Shown: positions 1 through 10,816 of the stretch, in pieces
How positions within the stretch are numbered: the stretch's first letter is position 1
Layout of the letters: each line of letters begins with the position of its first letter
Source of the DNA: Mantamonas sphyraenae STR306
Lineage: Eukaryota; Protista; CRuMs
Reading direction: 5' to 3'
Length of the DNA stretch: 64,000 bases
Assembly: GCA_026936335.1 (NCBI GenBank)
Contig: JAPMXV010000073.1
Coordinates: forward strand, 62,001-126,000
Notes under the pieces: model-generated
Told to the model about the DNA's origin: nothing
Seen by the model: only the letters and a program-made list of their open reading frames with translations
Databases searched by the model: none
Program-made: the position numbers and the translations under genes

Positions 1-3000
1 AGCTGCTGGATGAAGCTAGGATCAAGCGGGAGGGAGCGCTGGGACGGCGGCAGATCGAGCTTTGGGAGACGTTTATTCTGGACTGCGAGACCAAGGCAGG
101 CATGGCGGTGGTGGAAGACAGGGGAGGTGAAGAGGAGGAGGAGGAGGCTGGTAAGTGAGAGGAGAGAAGAGGTTTGGGGGGGAAGGTTGGGGGAGGCGCT
201 GACACCTGCCCGCGTGCTTGAGCAGAAAGGGCGTCCAGCTCGTCATCGGCAGGGAGTGTCGTGGGCATCATGGACTATTCACGTGTGATGCAGATGAGTG
301 TGGTGCGTGGAGGGGATGTGTCGTCGGCAGGTTCGTCGAGTGGAGGAGGGGCGAAAGTGAAAGCGGGCGTTGTGAAGGAAGGGCAGATTGTGCCACACAA
401 GCAAAACACGCGGGACAGGTGTGGATGGGACAAGGGCGGGATGAGCGATGTGCGTGTGCTGCTGCTGGGTTCGGATGGACAGGCACGAGGAAAGGTCAAG
501 ATAAGCTGTGCAGAAGAGCAGAGGGCGGTGGAAGCAGCGCGACGAGTGGGCGGCTTGCTGACGAGTGCTGTGGGGGCGGCTGAACAGGTGGACTTTGTGG
601 CGGAGATTCGTTCATTGAAGGCACCGATGGTGCACATCATGACACACATGGGGGTGGCAGTGGTGGAGGGAGAGGATGCCTCTGTGACGAGAAAGACGCT
701 TGTGGACTCGCTGCGAGAAGCACGTCCCGTGGCAGTGTTTTTGAACGGATGCAGCAGTGCAGAGATGGCCATGGAGATCAATGACCATGTGCCACTGGTG
801 ATTGGGTACACCGATGCTGTGGACGATCATGCGGCTTTGGACATGGCCAAGGTGTGGTATGGGAACATTGGGAGTGGAGAGACTGTGCAAAAGGCGTTCC
901 GGGCTATGGTGGAAGCAGGAGGGGAGAAGGAAGGGCCGAAAGCACTGTTGTGTCTTTGGCAGGGCATGGAAGACACAGTGTTGGTCAACACGAGTGGAAA
1001 GAAGGCACAGGATGGATTTTCCAGGAGGCGTGTGGACAATCTGGGCAAAGCAAGAGAGCTTGTGCGACGAGAGGAGGTGCTGAAGGAGCTGCAGGAGGCA
1101 GAGGGAGTGGTGGTGGTGTGTGGTGCGCGGGGCATGGGCAAGACAAGCGTGGTGGAGATGCATGCGCAGGAGGTGAAGGAGAAGGGTGGCACGGATGTGG
1201 TGTGGTGGTGTGCGGGACAGAGCAGAGAGGCCTTGGTGAGTGACTTGCTGCAGTTGGGGGTGGTATTGGGCGTGTTCACGGATGCTGGAGTGCAGGCGGC
1301 TGAGAAGGAGGATGTGCGAGAGGGAATGGCAAAGAGGGTGATGCAGGCGTTGGATGGACAGCGGTGGATGTTGGTGATGGACGGGGTGGAGGCATGGGGG
1401 GATGTCAAGGCTTTTGTGCACGCAGGAGGTCGTGTGGTGATGACGACATGGCGGGATAGGATTTGGGACAAGCGGGTGGTGGACGCTGTGGTGAGGGTGG
1501 ATGTGATGCGGGATGATGAGGTGGATGCCGTGTTTGCGAGTGAGGGTGTGGTGGTGGATGGGGAGGAGGAGGAGGAGGCGTATGGGGAGCTGAAGAGGCT
1601 GCTGGATGGGATGGCATTGGCTGTGCGACAGGCAGCGGCAGTGATTGGAGAGTGGGGACAGGGTGGATCGGTGCAGAAGTACGTAAAGAGACTGGGACGC
1701 AGTCTGAGGCAGCTGGGAAAGAAAGTGGAGGGCGATGTGTACAGTGGAACAGCGTTGAGTGTGTGGCAGATTGCGATGGAAGAGGTATCGGGGAGGAACG
1801 AACATGCAGCAAGGTTGATAATGTGCATGGCGCTGTTGGATGGACAGGATCTGCCAAAGAGACTGCTGGTGACGCTGATGGAGCAGATTGCGGGTGTGCA
1901 GGACAAGGAAGAGGCGGAGGAAATGGCAGAGGAGGCATTGGAGGCACTGCAGAGAGTGTCGCTGGTGCAGCGGATGGTGGGGGAGGGAAGGAGTGGGTGG
2001 AAGGTGCATGGGCTGACGCAGATGATGGCAAGGGGAGGGCAAGTGGTGGTGATCGATGGAGAGGGAGGCATAGGGAGGCTGGTGGGTGTGAAGCAGGTGT
2101 TGAAGATGATGCGGAAGGAGTTTGCTTTCGATCCGAGCGAGTCGCTGGACGAACTTGCATGGCACAGGAGAATGCTGGTGCATGGTGAATCTGTGTGGAA
2201 GACATGTCACGAGGTGTTCGCACGCAGAAGGAATGTGGAGGACGTGTGCTGGGTGGGACGGAATGTGGCGCATGTGCATCACTGGATGGGCTCGTACGGA
2301 GAGGCGAGAAAGTGGATAGAGGAGGTGATAGGGGCGCAAAAGGAAGCTGGAGAAGAAGAGGAAGAGACCGAAGGATGGGCGAGAAGTCTGTTCCTGACTG
2401 CAGGGATTGCGATGGCAAAGGGAGAGTACGATCGGGCACTGGAGCTGCATGAGCAGGTACTGGAGATCGAGCGACGGGTACATGGTGGGGATGAGCACCC
2501 GAGTGTGGCCACAAGCATGCACAACATGGCTTTGGTGTACGATTCCAAGGGAGAGTACGATCGGGCACTGGAGCTGTATGAACAGGCACTGGGGATCACG
2601 CGACGGGTGCTTGGTGGGGATGAGCACCCGAGTGTGGCAGCGAGCATCAATAACATGGCTGCGGTGTACGATGCCAAGGGAGAGTACGATCAGGCACTGG
2701 AGCTGCATGAGCAGGCACTGGGAATCAGGCGACGGGTGCAAGGTGGGGATGAGCACCCGGATGTGGCATCGAGCATCAACAACATGGCTGGGGTGTACCA
2801 GGCCAAGGGAGAGTACGACCGGGCACTGGAGCTGTATGAACAGGCAATGGGGATCAAGCAACGGGTGCATGGTGGGGATGAGCACCCGGAAGTGGCCACG
2901 AGCATCCACAACATGGCTGTGGTGTACCAGGCCAAGGGAGAGTACGACCGGGCACTGGAGCTGCATGAGCAGGCACTGGGGATCAAGCGACGGGTGCATG

Positions 3001-3731
3001 GTGGCGATGAGCACCCGGATGTGGCCACGAGCATCCGCAACATGGCACAGGTGTACTTTGCCCTGGAAGAGTACGACACTGCTCTGCAACTGCTGCTTGT
3101 GGTTGAAGCCGTTCAAACTGCTCTTCTTCCTCGCAACCATCCATACCTCAGTGACACAAGATCAGCTCTCTTTGCCCTGAACCAGCGCAACACAGCGCGC
3201 ATGAGTGACGCTGAGGGCACCCTCCGATCCATCCGCTCAAAGAAGAGTGTTCGATTCACGCTCGCCAATCATGCCTTGTCCCTTGCCCAGCTAAGTGCAG
3301 ATGACCCCACCTCTGCGTTGGCCACTCACAGCCGAGTGGTTGCAGACATACAACGTCGCCAATCCTCCTCCTCCTCCTCGACATGCTCGCTGCCCAAGGT
3401 GGTCACTGACTTTGTTCAACGACTCGTTATCACCCATTCCTTCACCCTGCTCACATGTGACCTTCTCCCATTGTGGTTAGAGCACGTTTCGGTCGACCAA
3501 CTCCTATCGTGGACACCTGCCGTCCTCCCTGGGTCTCTGAACTCCCTCCTCCAACACGTCCCAGACACAATTGCCACTGTGGACGCCTCTGAAGCACTGA
3601 TTGACTCCCGTGCTCATCTGTATGCACCATCCCAACACAAGGAACTCATGCACACCCTGGCATCCAAGGCCATGCGAGCGGGTGACATTGAACGAGGCAA
3701 GCAGCTGGCTTCTCAATCCCAACGAATGTGA
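1..3731 (+). CDS. NLR-like protein copy 1 (5' partial): SAM-like exon, CHAT protease-like domain, NB-ARC, 5 x 43-aa TPR, C-terminal helical domain
   Basis: Exon 1 (..150) ends at GTAAGT (151). Branch GCTGAC ~198 and CAG acceptor 225 join it in frame to ORF 261..3731. CHAT-like motifs VHIMTHMG (~630-650) and VFLNGC (~735-752). P-loop GARGMGKT (1122-1145), Walker B WMLVMDG, sensor VVMTT, GLPL-like DGMALAV, MHD-like VHGLTQ. Five KGEYDRALEL...HP.VA.SI.NMA.VY repeats. Confidence 0.88.
2418..3062 (+). repeat. 5 x 129-bp TPR-coding tandem repeat
   Basis: Periodic AAGGGAGAGTACGA..GGCACTGGAGCTG...GATGAGCACCCG. Confidence 0.95.
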
Positions 3732-3799
3732 CGAGGTCAAGATCATGACAGTGAGGAGTGCTGATGCATGTTGCTTCAAATGCATCCTCTAATGGTCCT

Positions 3800-4560
3800 C
3801 GTCTTGAGCCGCCGATCTTCACTCTGGGCTGTCGTCGTCCCCGGTGCACTCCCGCAGGGCCAGTGGCCGAGTCCGCAGTCCCTGTATGGAAAGCAGTGCC
3901 ACACCAGATGCACTCTGGGCGTACGTGGCTGGTGGCGTAGGTTTGGGTGGTGGGCGGTGCGACACAGGGACACGATGGCGCTGAATGGGGTCCCGCATCT
4001 TCATCGCCAGCTGGCGATGCATTGCCAAATAAAACGGCCTTGTCGACCTTTTCCACACGAGGCATGGTGAGGACAGGCTTCCACTGGCTCTGCCGGCGGT
4101 GCTACGACGACGACGATGCCAGTCCCGGGTAAGGATCGGTGGGGTGGACACGAGGTGAGGAGAGGAATGCCAATGAAGAGAGAGCACACACATATACACA
4201 CATTCTGTCCCTCGTTGCCTCCTCTTGCAAATCGATCACCGTATGAGGGAAGGATGTGTGGAGGAGATCAGCCAGCTGCTGCTGAATGGGTCGCTGCAGT
4301 GTCCATTCTGGAGTGTGCTGCAGAGAGAGAGAGATGAAAGACACCAGCTTGCACTGCATCCACATCCCACCCCTCCCTTCCTCCCTCGCTCTCCATGCAG
4401 GCCAGTGCCACCCCACAGACGCACACACAGGGCCATCACCAGTCATTGCACGCGGTGCATGGCGGCATAGACGACAATGGTTTCTTGTCAACGTGCCGCC
4501 ACCGCATGTGTGCAATGACCGTCTCACATGGCCCTGATTCCCGTGCGTCTGTGTGATCAC
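3800..4560 (+). pseudogene. Possible decayed multi-RING-finger gene inside the duplicated unit (second copy ~9330-10080)
   Basis: Fragments HWLCRRC, HRMREGCVEEISQLLLNGSLQCPF and HCTRCM..CRHRMC, interspersed with GTAGGT/GTAAG donors and a TGCAG acceptor; stops and frameshifts in both copies. Confidence 0.35.
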
Positions 4561-4847
4561 TGGCCCAAACAGGAGGGAGTGGTGGGGTGGGGTGGGGGTA
4601 TGTGGGTGTGTGGAAGGTGGGGCGTGTTTCATCCCCAACCACCGCCCACTCCCTCCTATCTCATCGAGCATCCCCTGCCTGTACGTCTGACGTGAGTCCG
4701 GTTCGATTTGAAGCACCATCTGACCATCCTCAATGATTGGATCACCACGGGGTGCTTTTCTGCTGACGGCGCTGAACGGTTGGGTTTGTGTGCAGTGACA
4801 CGAAGGATGCCCCCGCTGACCCAAACAATCGACACACGCGGCTGCAC

Positions 4848-7800
4848 ATGAGCACAAAGGAAGACAGCGGTGCGCTGTGTCGGCGGTTGTTGGACTGTGA
4901 GGGCGAGGATGACCAGAGGAAGGCGTTGAAAGAGTGTGGGTTCCACAAGAAGGTCATCGATGCCTTGTTGGAAGAGAATGCGTACGGAGTGGCACTAGTG
5001 GAGCTGTTTCAGGAGGAGAGCGAGTGGGTGAAATTGCTGGATGAAGCTGGGATCGAGCGGGAAGTGCGAAGAGGACAGCGGCAGATCGAGCTTTGGGAGA
5101 CGTTTATTCTGGACTGCGAGACCAAGGCAGGCATGGCGGCGGTGGAAGACGGGGGAGATGAAGAGAAGGAGGAGGCTGGTAAGTGAGAGGAGAGAGGAGG
5201 TTTGGGGGGGGGGGAAGGTTGGAGGAGGCGCTGACACCTGCCCGCGTGCTTGAGCAGAAAGGGCGTCCAGCTCGTCATCGGCAGGGAGCATCGTGGGCAT
5301 CATGGACTATTCACGTGTGATGCAGATGAGTGTGGTGCGTGGAGGGGATGTGTCGTCGGCAGGTTCGTCGAGTGGAGGAGGGGCGAAAGGGAAAGGGGTC
5401 GTTGTGAAGGAAGGGCAGATTGTGCCACACAAGCGAAACACGCGGGAGAGGTGTGGATGGGACGAGGGCGGAATGAGCGATGTGCGTGTGCTGCTGCTGG
5501 GTTCGGATGGGCAGGCACGAGGAAAGGTCAAGATAAGCTGTGCAGAAGAGCAGAGGGCGTTGAAGGAATCTAACCGAGTGGGCGGCTTGACGACGATTGC
5601 CCTGCCCGCGGCTGAACAAGTGGATTTTGTCGCCCAGATAACGGCATTGAAAGCACCGATGGTACACATCGTCACACACATGGGGGTGGCTGTGGTGGAG
5701 GGAGAGGATGCCTCTGTGACGAGAAAGACGCTTGTGCACTCGCTGCGAGAAGCAAGTCCCGTGGCAGTGTTTTTGAACGGATGTTGGAGTGCAGAGATGG
5801 CCATGGAGATCAATGACCATGTGCCACTGGTGATTGGATACACCGAGGCAGTGGACGATCATGCGGCTGTGGACATGGCCAAGGCGTGGTATGGGAACAT
5901 TGGCCGTGGAGAGACAGTGCAAGAGGCATTCCGGGCTTTGGTGGAAGCAGGAGGGGAGAAAGAAGGGCCGAAAGCACTGCTGTGTCTTTGGCAAGGCATG
6001 GAAGACACAGTGTTGGTCAACAACACGAGTGGAAAGAAGGCACAGGAATGGTGCTCCAGGAGGCGTGTGGACAATCTGGGCAAAGCACGAGAGCTTGTGC
6101 GACGGGAGGAGGTGCTGAGGGAGCTGGAGGAGGCAGAAGGGGTGGTGGTGGTGTGTGGTGCGAGGGGCATGGGCAAGACAAGCGTGGTGGAGATGCATGC
6201 GCAGGAAGTGAAGGAGAAGGGTGGCACGGATGTGGTGTGGTGGTGTGCGGGACAGAGCAGAGAGGCTTTGGTGAGTGACTTGCTGCAGTTGGGGGTGGCA
6301 TTGGGCGTGTGGAGTGTGGAACAGGTGCAGTCGGCTGAGAAGGAGGATGTGCGAGAGGGAATGGCAAAGAGGGTGATGCAGGCGTTGGATGGACAGCGGT
6401 GGATGTTGGTGATGGACGGGGTGGAGGCATGGGCGGATGTCAAGGCGTTTGTGCACGGAGGAGGTCGTGTGGTGATGACGACATGGCGGGATAGGATATG
6501 GGACAAGCGGGTGGTGGACGCTGTGGTGAGGGTGGATGTAATGCGGGATGATGAGGTGGATGCTGTGTTTGCGAGTGAGGGTGTGGTGGTGGATGGGGAG
6601 GAGGAGGAGGAGGCGTATGGGGAGCTGAAGAGGCTGCTGGATGGGATGGCATTGGCTTTGCGACAGGCAGCGGCAGTGATTGGAGAGTGGGGAGAGGGTG
6701 GATCGGTGCAGAAGTACGTGAAGCGACTGGGACGCAGTCTGAGACAGCTGGGGAAGGAGGTGGAGAGCGATGTGTACAGTGGAACAACGCTGAGTGTGTG
6801 GCAGATTGCGATGGAAGAGGCATCGGGGAGGGACGAGCATGCAGCAAGGTTGATGTCGTGTTTGGCGCTGTTGGATGGACAAGATCTGCCAAAGAGGCTG
6901 CTGGTGACGCTGATGGAGCAGATTGAGGGTGTGGGGGACAGGGAAGAGGCGGAGGAAATGGCAGAGGAGGCATTGGAGGCACTGCAGAGAGTATCACTGG
7001 TGCAGAGGATGGTGGAAGGAGGGAGTGGGTGGAAGGTGCATGGTCTGACGCAGATGATGGCAAGGGGAGGGCAAGTGGTGGAGTTGGATGGAGAGGGAGG
7101 TGAAGAAAGGGTGGTGGGTGTGAAGCAGGTGTTGAAGATGATGCAGAAGGAATTTGCTTTCGATCCGAGCGAGTCGCTGGACGAACTTGCATGGCACAGG
7201 AGAATGCTGGTGCATGGTGAATCTGTGTGGAAGGCATGTCACGAGGGGTGCGCACGCACAAGGGATGTGGAGGACGTGTGCTGGGTGGGACAGAACGTGG
7301 CGGGTGTGCATGGTTGGATGGGGTCGTATGGAGCCGCGGAGGGAAGGATAGAAGAGGTGATGAGAGTGCAAAGGGAAGCTGGAGAAGAAGAGGAAGAGAC
7401 AGAAGGATGGGCAAGAAGTTTGTTCCTGGCTGCAGGGATTGCAGATGCGAAGGGAGAGTACGATCGGGCACTGGAGCTGTATGAGCAGGCACTGGGGATC
7501 AGGCGACGGGTGCATGGTGGGGATGAGCACCCGGATGTGGCCACGAGCATCAACAACATGGCTGGGGTGTACGATGCCAAGGGAGAGTACGATCGGGCAC
7601 TGGAGCTGCATGAGCAGGCACTGGGGATCAAGCGACGTGTGCATGGTGGGGATGAGCACCCGAGAGTGGCTACGAGCATCAACAACATGGCTTTGGTGTA
7701 CGATGCCAAGGGAGAGTACGATCGGGCACTGGAGCTGTATGAGCAGGCACTGGAGATCACACGACGGGTGCATGGTGGGGATGAGCACCCGAGAGTGGCT

Positions 7801-9305
7801 ACGAGCATCCACAACATGGCACAGGTGTACGATGCCAAGGGAGAGTACGATCGAGCACTGGAGCTGTATGAGCAGGCACTGGAGATCAGGCGACGGGTGC
7901 ATGGTGGGGATGAGCACCCGGATGTGGCATCCAGCATCAACAACATGGCTAGGGTGTACGATTCCAAGGGAGAGTACGATCGGGCACTGGAGCTGTATGA
8001 GCAGGCACTGTGGATCTGGCGACGGGTGCATGGTGGGGATGAGCACCCGAGTGTGGCATCGAGCATCAACAACATGGCTTTGGTGTACCAGGCCAAGGGA
8101 GAGTACGATCGGGCACTGGAGTTGTGTGAGCAGGCGCTGGCAATCGAGCGACGGGTGCATGGTGGGGATGAGCACCCAGATGTGGCCACGAGCATCAACA
8201 ACGTGGCTGGGGTGTACGATGCCAAGGGAGAGTACGATCGGGCACTGGAGCTGCATGAGCAGGCACTGGGGATCAGGCGACGGGTGCATGGTGGGGATGA
8301 GCACCCAGATGTGGCCACGAGCATCCACAACATGGCTGGGGTGTACCATGCCAAGGGAGAGTACGATCGGGCACTGGAGCTGCATGAGCAGGCACTGGAG
8401 ATCAGGCGACGGGTGCATGGTGGGGATGAGCACCCGAGTGTGGCATCGAGCATCAACAACATGGCTGGGGTGTACGATGCCAAGGGAGAGTACGATCGGG
8501 CACTGGAGCTGTATGAGCAGGCACTGGGAATCGCCCGACGGGTGCATGGTGGGGATGAGCACCCGCATGTGGCATCAAGCATCAAAAACATTGCGTTGGT
8601 GTACCATGCCATGGAAGGGTACGACACCGCTCTGCAACTGCTGCTTGTGGTTGAATCCCTGCAAACTGCTCTTCTTCCACGCAACCATCCAAACCTCAGC
8701 AACACAACATCAGCTGTCTTTGCCCTGAACCAGCTTAACACAGCGCGCATAAGTGACGCTGTGGGCAACCTCCGATCCATCCGCTCAAAGAAGAGTGTTC
8801 GATTCACGCTCGCCAATCATGCCTTGTCCCTAGCCCAGCTCAGTGCAGGTGACCCCAATTCTGCGTTGGCCACTCACAGCCGAGTGGTTGCGGACATACA
8901 ACGTCGCCAATCCTCCTCCTCGACATGCTCGCTGCCCAAGGTGGTCACTGATTTTGTTCAACGACTCGTAATCACCCATTCCTTCACCCTGCTCACATGT
9001 GACCTCCTCCCATTGTGGTCAGAGCACGTCTCGGTCGACCACCTCCTATCGTGGACACCAGCCGTCCTCCCCACGTCTCTGAACTCCCTCCTCCCACACG
9101 TCCCAGACACAATTGCCACTGTGGACGCCGCTGAAGCACTGATTGACTCCCGTGCTCATCTGTACGCACCATCCCAACACAAGGAACTCATGCACACCCT
9201 GGCATCAAGGCCATGCGAGCGGGGGACATTGAACGAGGCATGCAGCTGGCTTCTCAATCCCAACGAATGCGACGAGGTCAAGCAGATGACAGTGAGGAGT
9301 GCTGA
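4848..9305 (+). CDS. NLR-like protein copy 2: SAM-like–CHAT–NB-ARC–9 x TPR–C-terminal domain
   Basis: Exon 1 4848..5178 (LKECGFHKKVIDALLEENAYGVALVEL...LDEAGI, SAM-like), intron 5179..5257 (GTAAGT..GCTGAC..CAG), exon 2 in frame with ORF 5293. One C is missing at ~9206 relative to copy 1 (GCATCCAAGG vs GCATCAAGG); restoring it ends the protein ...RMRRGQADDSEEC* at 9305, so the listed end 9498 is likely an artefact. Confidence 0.88.
7450..8610 (+). repeat. 9 x 129-bp TPR-coding tandem repeat
   Basis: Same unit as copy 1, nine copies. Confidence 0.95.
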
Positions 9306-10816
9306 TGCACTCAAATTTATCCTCTCATTATCCTTGTGTCGAGCCGCTGATCTTCATCCTGGGCTGTCATCGTCCCCGTTGCACTCCCGCAGGGCCAGTG
9401 GCGGCCAGTCCGCAGTCCCTGTATGGAAAAGTAGTGCCACCTCAGATGCACTCTGGGCGTACGTGGCTGGTGGCGTAGGTTTGGGTGGTGGGTGGTGAGA
9501 CACAGGGACACGATTGCGCTGAATGGGGTCCCGCATCACCTATTGCCAAATAAAACGGCCTTGTCGACATTATCCACACGAGGCATGGTGTGGACAGGCT
9601 TCCACTGGCTCTGCCGGCGGTGCTACGACGACGACGACGCCAGTCCCGGGTAAGCATCTGTGAGGTGGACACGAGGAGAGGAGAGGAATACCAATGAAGA
9701 GAGAGCACAGACACACGTACACACATTCTGTCCCCCGTTGTGTCCTCTTGCAAATTCATCACCGTGTGAGGGAAGGATGTGTTGCAGAGATCAGCCAGCA
9801 GCTGCTGAATGGGTCGTTGCAGTGTCAATTCTGAAGTGTGCTGCAGAGAGAGTTGAAAGACACCAGCTTGCACTGCACCCACATCCCACCCCTCCCTCCC
9901 TCCCTCCCTATCCATGCAGGCCAGTGCCACCCCACAGACGCACACACAGGGCCATCACCAGTCATTGCACGCGGTGCATGGCGGCATAGACGACAATGTT
10001 CGCCTCTTCAACGTGTCGCCACCGCATGTGTGCAATGACCGCCTCACATGGCCCTGTTTTCCGTGCGTCTGTGTGATCACTGGCCCAAACAGGAGGTAGT
10101 GGTGGGGTGGGATGGGGGTGAGTGGGTGTGTGGAGGAGGGGCAGTGTTTCATCCCCAACCACCCTCACACCCACTTCTATCTCAGTCCCATCCCCTTCCA
10201 GTTCCTGTTCTCTCCACACTGTGTCGTGCATCCTTTCATCCCCAATCCCCCTCCCCCTCTCCTCCCGTTCCATTCCGTGCGTTTTTCCCAATCCGTTCCA
10301 TTCCTGACAAAATCCGTCGACCCCAGCCGCCCTGCACAGCCGTGTGTCCTCCCCCTGTTGCACCCTGCATTCAGAGACGATGTTCATCGAAATCCTACGT
10401 CGATTGCAGGTGTTGGAAGATGCCCCCTTTGTCGCCATGGACGATCCGCAGGTGGGAACCACGACGACGACGGCGACGACGGTGGAAATCGTCGACCCAA
10501 AAGTTGCTGCCGGAAACGTCGACCCCCCTTTTGTCCAAACCCCACCGTCCGTCGCCATCCCCTCCACCACCACCCCACACACCCATGTGTTCCCACTCTG
10601 GGGATGCCGTGTGTTGTTTTCCGACGCCGTCGAGTGAGCACCCATGGGACATGTTTTCTCCGTTTGTGCATGGCTTGTCTCTGCTGGCGCAGGCCTTGGC
10701 CAACCTCCCACCCAGCTTCCTCAACACCCGTCACAATCACCCACACATCATCGATCCACAACCAATCCAAATGGCAGAAGGGGCCCATCCCATGTGTACA
10801 TTCACCCCATGGCGCA

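Larger units (their letters stand above)
1..10190 (+). repeat. Tandem segmental duplication, unit ~5.0-5.5 kb (position 1 aligns to ~5032; ~4660 aligns to ~10185)
   Basis: Colinear near-identical sequence across exon, intron, CDS and downstream non-coding DNA. The length difference is mostly four extra 129-bp TPR units in copy 2. The array may continue left of the window. Confidence 0.95.

Noticed and set aside
612-3140. Long antisense and alternate-frame ORFs (e.g. 612..3140, 6994..8568, 38018..40324, 44959..48105, 52338..54470)
   Set aside because: Shadow ORFs caused by high GC and extreme skew; no motifs. The 3' end of 44959..48105 is simply exon 1 of the TTC39 fusion.
4690-4720. GGTTCGATT...CACCA resembling a tRNA 3' end
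   Set aside because: T-stem and acceptor stem do not pair; no D-arm.
2418-8610. Regular 129-bp repeats as a CRISPR array or DGR target
   Set aside because: Units are in-frame TPR codons with no unique spacers. There is no cas or reverse transcriptase gene or template repeat, and variation is not adenine-specific.
9305-9498. Unique C-terminal extension of NLR copy 2
   Set aside because: Arises from a 1-nt deletion relative to copy 1; probably a sequencing error.
1-10190. Tandem unit as a transposon or an assembly artefact
   Set aside because: No transposase, terminal repeats or target-site duplication. The copies differ by many substitutions and in TPR number, arguing for true paralogs, although divergent haplotypes cannot be fully excluded.
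10344-10637. Short ORF MFIEILRRLQ resembling a protein-kinase C-terminal helix
   Set aside because: Too short and no other kinase motifs nearby; at most a relic.
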